Shown: in pieces, positions 59,923-64,000 of the stretch
Numbering within the stretch: the first letter of the stretch is position 1
How the letters are laid out: every line of letters begins with the position of its first letter
Virus record (IMG/VR): IMGVR_UViG_3300004241_000001
Span: 51,415-115,414 of that record
DNA length: 64,000 nucleotides
Reading direction: 5' to 3' (one strand)
From: a virus
Lineage: Duplodnaviria > Caudoviricetes
Position numbers and translations under genes: made by a program
Notes under the pieces: generated by a model
The model's database searches: none
What the model saw: only the letters and a program-made list of their open reading frames with translations
Told to the model about the DNA's origin: nothing

Positions 59923-61072
59923 ATTTCTATCCTATCTTATTAATTTCTTTTCGACCATTACTTTTTTAATTAAGTTCAGATTTTTATTTACTTCCTCTAC
60001 GTTCTTACTTAGTTTATCTACTTCTATTTCATTTATCCATAAATCAGGATTATTAAAATCACAATATTTTTCTGCTATTCTTTTCTTCGAGAACGCTATT
60101 ATTTCTTTTTTATTAATTATTACATATACTTTCATCATGGTTTCTCCTTTAGATATTCATTTCTGTTAATATTTCTTTTCCATCTTTTGAATAAGGAAAA
60201 AGTGCTGGTTTATTTTTCCAATTATTTCCAGTATTTTCTACAATATACCAAAACTTTACATTTTTAATTTTTGAAGAAAGCCGTGTTGGCAAGTCTTTAT
60301 ACACTTCGTCAACAATAATATTTTTTATTATACTCCCATAAGAGTTGTTTTCATTTATACAGTCTATTATAGTATCATCAGACAAAATCTTTCCGATACA
60401 TTGTATTGAAGAATAAGTGTATTCTGGAAACATCCTTTGTAATAAACCCTTAACTTTTTTGCTTGTTTGTACTCGTGATCCATATTTGCAAACGATTAAT
60501 GATTTAAACATTTTTCATTTCTCTCCTTTATATCCAATCTTGTCCATTTATAATTTTAACAAGCTCATCTAATATTTCTATTTTTAATTCATCTCTTACA
60601 TTTTGACAATAATCTATTGAATTACCTATCTTGTTTTCGTTTACAAAGTTCAACAAAAGTAGAAATAATATTATCTTTTTGTCTTTCTGAAATGTCTTTA
60701 TAATTAATTATATTTCTCTCCTTTACGATTGCAATGAGCTATCAAATAAATAACTGTTATCTTCAAAAACCTTTTCTAAGAAAGTTTTAAAAGATTCTTT
60801 ATTTTCCTTTGCTGAATCAGGTATATCAACTATTCCATCGTTTATATGGCCTCCGCAATTATATTCTTTATAGAAATATATTTTATCAGAATAGATACAA
60901 ATATGCGTATCATAGAGTTCTCCGCATGCCCACATACATAACCCATCGTCGTTTGGATGATCGCAAAAAACCGGATCGCCAATTTTATACTCCAATGATA
61001 TAAGATATTCGTCTATTTCTTTGCTGATTATATATTTATTTTTTTTAATTCTATGAATACTATTAAATAAAC

Positions 61073-61333
61073 TCATTTTCTTACTTCTCCTTTGTGTGGA
61101 TAAACTGTCTTAAAATCCCACTTTTCTACATTATATTGCTTTCTTTTCTTTATGCCGGCTTCCCTGCGTTTCTTTTCTTGCCATGCTTTATTATAGCAAG
61201 TTTTAGGTTCCGGGCAAAACCTCGTTCCTTTCCTTGCTGATAAAAATACCTCTCCACAATATTCACAAATACCTTCATAGTATCGTTTTGAATGATGTCC
61301 TTCGGTATGTTTATTTTTACTAAAAGATTTCAT
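61073..61333 (-). CDS. Zinc-finger protein
   Basis: CEYCG..F...RFC...C. Confidence 0.55.
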   Translation of the reverse strand: MKSFSKNKHTEGHHSKRYYEGICEYCGEVFLSARKGTRFCPEPKTCYNKAWQEKKRREAGIKKRKQYNVEKWDFKTVYPHKGEVRK

Positions 61334-63505
61334 TACGCTTCCTCGACAATAAAATCTTTATTGCAATCCCAACAATGAGTTACGTCATTTCCTGAAACAT
61401 CAATATCTTTGCGATATGTATTATTACTTCCGCAATATGGACAATAAAAATTATTCATTTTATACCTCCTAATAAATCATCTATTGTAGTTTTTATGAAC
61501 GCATTTACCATTTCTTACTAAAACTTCAGCGAGTGAATTAAGGTATGGAACGCTATCAACACATCCATATATCTCTTTATATTCTCCATTCTCAACAAGG
61601 ATCAACATAGAATCATAATCCGCATACCATTCTGAACATTTAAATATTTCAGATATTCCAGCAATCTCTTTTTGATCGGTTATCCAAATATATTGATCTC
61701 CATATGGTAAATCAGCAACATATCTTGTCATTATTTCACCATCCTAAATATCTTTCTCTAAAGCCCTAATCTCCTCGTTTATTCCTTAAAGTAACAGCTT
61801 GTATGAATACAATTCTTCAGCACATTTCTTTTCTTGCTGGTACGGCGACTGTTGGAGCTACAGTAAGATAGTCTTATAAATCCATAATCTTATCCTTTCT
61901 AAAGCCTCGGCAGAAATGTCGAGGTTTTTTAATACCATTTTTCTTTTATTGATTCAACGATCTCTTTTATATAGCTTGAATCATATCCAGTATTCGTTTC
62001 AGATTCTATTTCAATTCTTTCAAATATATTTTTTAAATTCATCTTTGTACCGCCTCTTCATTATACCTTTTTCTTATTTTTTCTAAAACGCTCCAATACT
62101 CTTCCGTAATAGAAGCTATTTCCATTGAAGACTTTTCTTTCAATTTTATAGCTTCCTTCTTGTCTAAAATTATATTTTTTATTAGTTTTATTTCATCATC
62201 TGTTATTTTGTGTATTTTAGATTCATCTTCGTCAAAGTAATCAACTATTTCTCCGTTCTCAATTTTATAGCAAACAAAGACATTATCTCTAATTTCATAC
62301 TTAAATAGCTTAATTATTTCATACTCTGACTCTGGGTTTGACTCATGCATAAGATTTATGTCATTATCGTAAACAATATAAAAATCTTATCTTGCTTCTC
62401 TAAATATATTAGATACACTGATTTTATTAATCTCTTTTTCATTGTATATTCTATTTAACTCTGCTTTTAAACTCTTAACAAGAAAGTCATTTTTCTTTAT
62501 TTCTTTTGTTTCGTCCTATTCAAAACATAAACATTGTGTCATTGGAAATGATATCCTTACAAAATCTTTAAACCATACCATTGTAGACCTATCAGGAAAT
62601 ATCTTTATCTGATTTATATTAACATTTCTGAACGATGTAAAATCTACGCTATCAAAAAATCTATCTGGCTTATAGCAAATGTTGCCTTCAGAGTTAAAAA
62701 ATACAACTTTAATAAAATTAGCGTCAATATATCCATTGGGATAAGCGTATTTCTTTGTATCATAGATATGAATTATATTGAATGTTTTATTCTTAGCCTC
62801 TTCGTATGAAATTTCTTCATACCCGCTCATAACTTCGTCAACATATTGTTTTGCTTCCTTATTCATATTATATCCTTTCGTAATGCTTTGTTATCGTTAA
62901 GTCATGTCCTTCACTTTTATATGATTCTGCATCTTTTATTACTTGTTCTAAATCATGTCCACCTTTTACTTTTGTTTCTGAACCATCTGGCCATATTGTA
63001 AAATTCCTTCCATATACAAATATTTCACCTTTCATTGGACCATCATGGTGTTTTATTACTACTTTTATCATAACTTTCCCTCCTCTTAAAATTGATAATG
63101 CTTTCTCAATTATACTCATTTTTCACCATCTTCCTTAAATTCTTCTGGAATTCCTAGATTTGCTTTGTCTAAGTCTTTCGTTTTTGGATTATTACTCATA
63201 ATTCCTCCATTTTTATCTAACAAATTTAGATTTTAAAATATTTATTTGTGGTTTAAAATCAGTTTTCTTTACGTCATCTCCAACTTTTATTTTTAATTCT
63301 CTCAATCTTGTTTTTGTCCATTCTTTTACCTTTACATTGTTAAAGTTATTATAAATATCAATCAATGCTTGTTTATTCGTACATACTTTAATTCTGCTCG
63401 CCCATTGGGATTCCTCAAGAGTTAAGAATTCTTGATATGAGCGAAATGTTCCGTTCGTTACTGGTAAATTTTGTTTTCTAAACTTTTTGAATCTTTCCAT
63501 TTGTT

Positions 63506-64000
63506 TCACTTCTTTGTTATTTTATTACCTTTGCCATCGGCATAATTTTTAAATTTTTCTGTTACATCTTTTCCTGTTTTGCTATCTATAACTTGAACTA
63601 TTTTTATTTTATTTGCACTTGCTTTGCCGTCTGTTGCCCACGGCTCATTTATCTTTGCACCTTTTGGTATTTGGATTTTAACTTCGTATAATCTATCACT
63701 ATATTTTAGATTACACCAAGACCTTGAAGCAAAATGGAATCCTGGATATGAACATAAAACCCTTTCGTCATCTGCAAATATTTCGCCACCTCTTAAATTA
63801 TTAATTCCAACTGTAAAATAATAATCATTACTTTCAAAATCTTTATTAATGCGCTTCCAATAAAAATTACCGACTTCAACACCTACTAACTTTACTAAAT
63901 TTTTTGCATTTTCAAGATATGCATTTTTAAGATTTGCATCTTCAAGATATGCATTGTAAAGATTTGCATTGTAAAGATATGCATTTTCAAGATTTGCATT
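63506..64000 (-). CDS. Pentapeptide-repeat protein (5' end outside the window)
   Basis: A(N/Y)L(E/Y/K)(N/D) repeats at ~63905-64000, then a globular domain with PGFHF; frame open to TGA at 63506. Confidence 0.85.
   Translation of the reverse strand, partial: NANLENAYLYNANLYNAYLEDANLKNAYLENAKNLVKLVGVEVGNFYWKRINKDFESNDYYFTVGINNLRGGEIFADDERVLCSYPGFHFASRSWCNLKYSDRLYEVKIQIPKGAKINEPWATDGKASANKIKIVQVIDSKTGKDVTEKFKNYADGKGNKITKK

Noticed and set aside
58192-62866. Stop-codon reassignment to explain the in-frame stops
   Set aside because: Long genes are intact in code 11, TAA ends most genes, and the only tRNA has a normal TTG anticodon.

Overview
AT-rich segment of a large tailed-phage (possibly phage-plasmid) genome. 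The host is probably an anaerobic diderm bacterium, inferred from class III RNR, ThyX and a lysis-region protein with a C-terminal beta-signal. Bases 1-8860 (+ strand) hold the end of the late region: a LamG-repeat tail fibre, a lysis cassette (spanin-like pair, holin, GH108 endolysin), tRNA-Gln(TTG) and a self-contained membrane/receiver-domain operon. Bases 8870-64000 (- strand) hold replication, recombination and nucleotide-metabolism genes: RuvC-like resolvase, AEP/RepB-like primase, dNMP kinase, ThyX, dUTPase, LigA, macrodomain, HNH-AP2, a domain-permuted DnaG, a Hel308/Ski2-like helicase, NrdG, NrdD fused to a glutaredoxin-like domain, a C5 methyltransferase, an SbcC-like ATPase, HU, a PD-(D/E)xK nuclease, DnaE with a mini-intein, a SpoVG-like protein, DnaB and ERF, plus many small accessory genes. 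The most notable signals are an oriC-like DnaA-box cluster at 57.3 kb, a CopG/RHH-hairpin-primase module resembling plasmid copy control, an RHH/palindromic-operator promoter set, the permuted primase, a candidate structured ncRNA at 18.75-18.83 kb, a solitary Cas12a-repeat-like sequence, and gene decay confined to accessory genes. All family calls come from reading motifs by eye; no searches were run.
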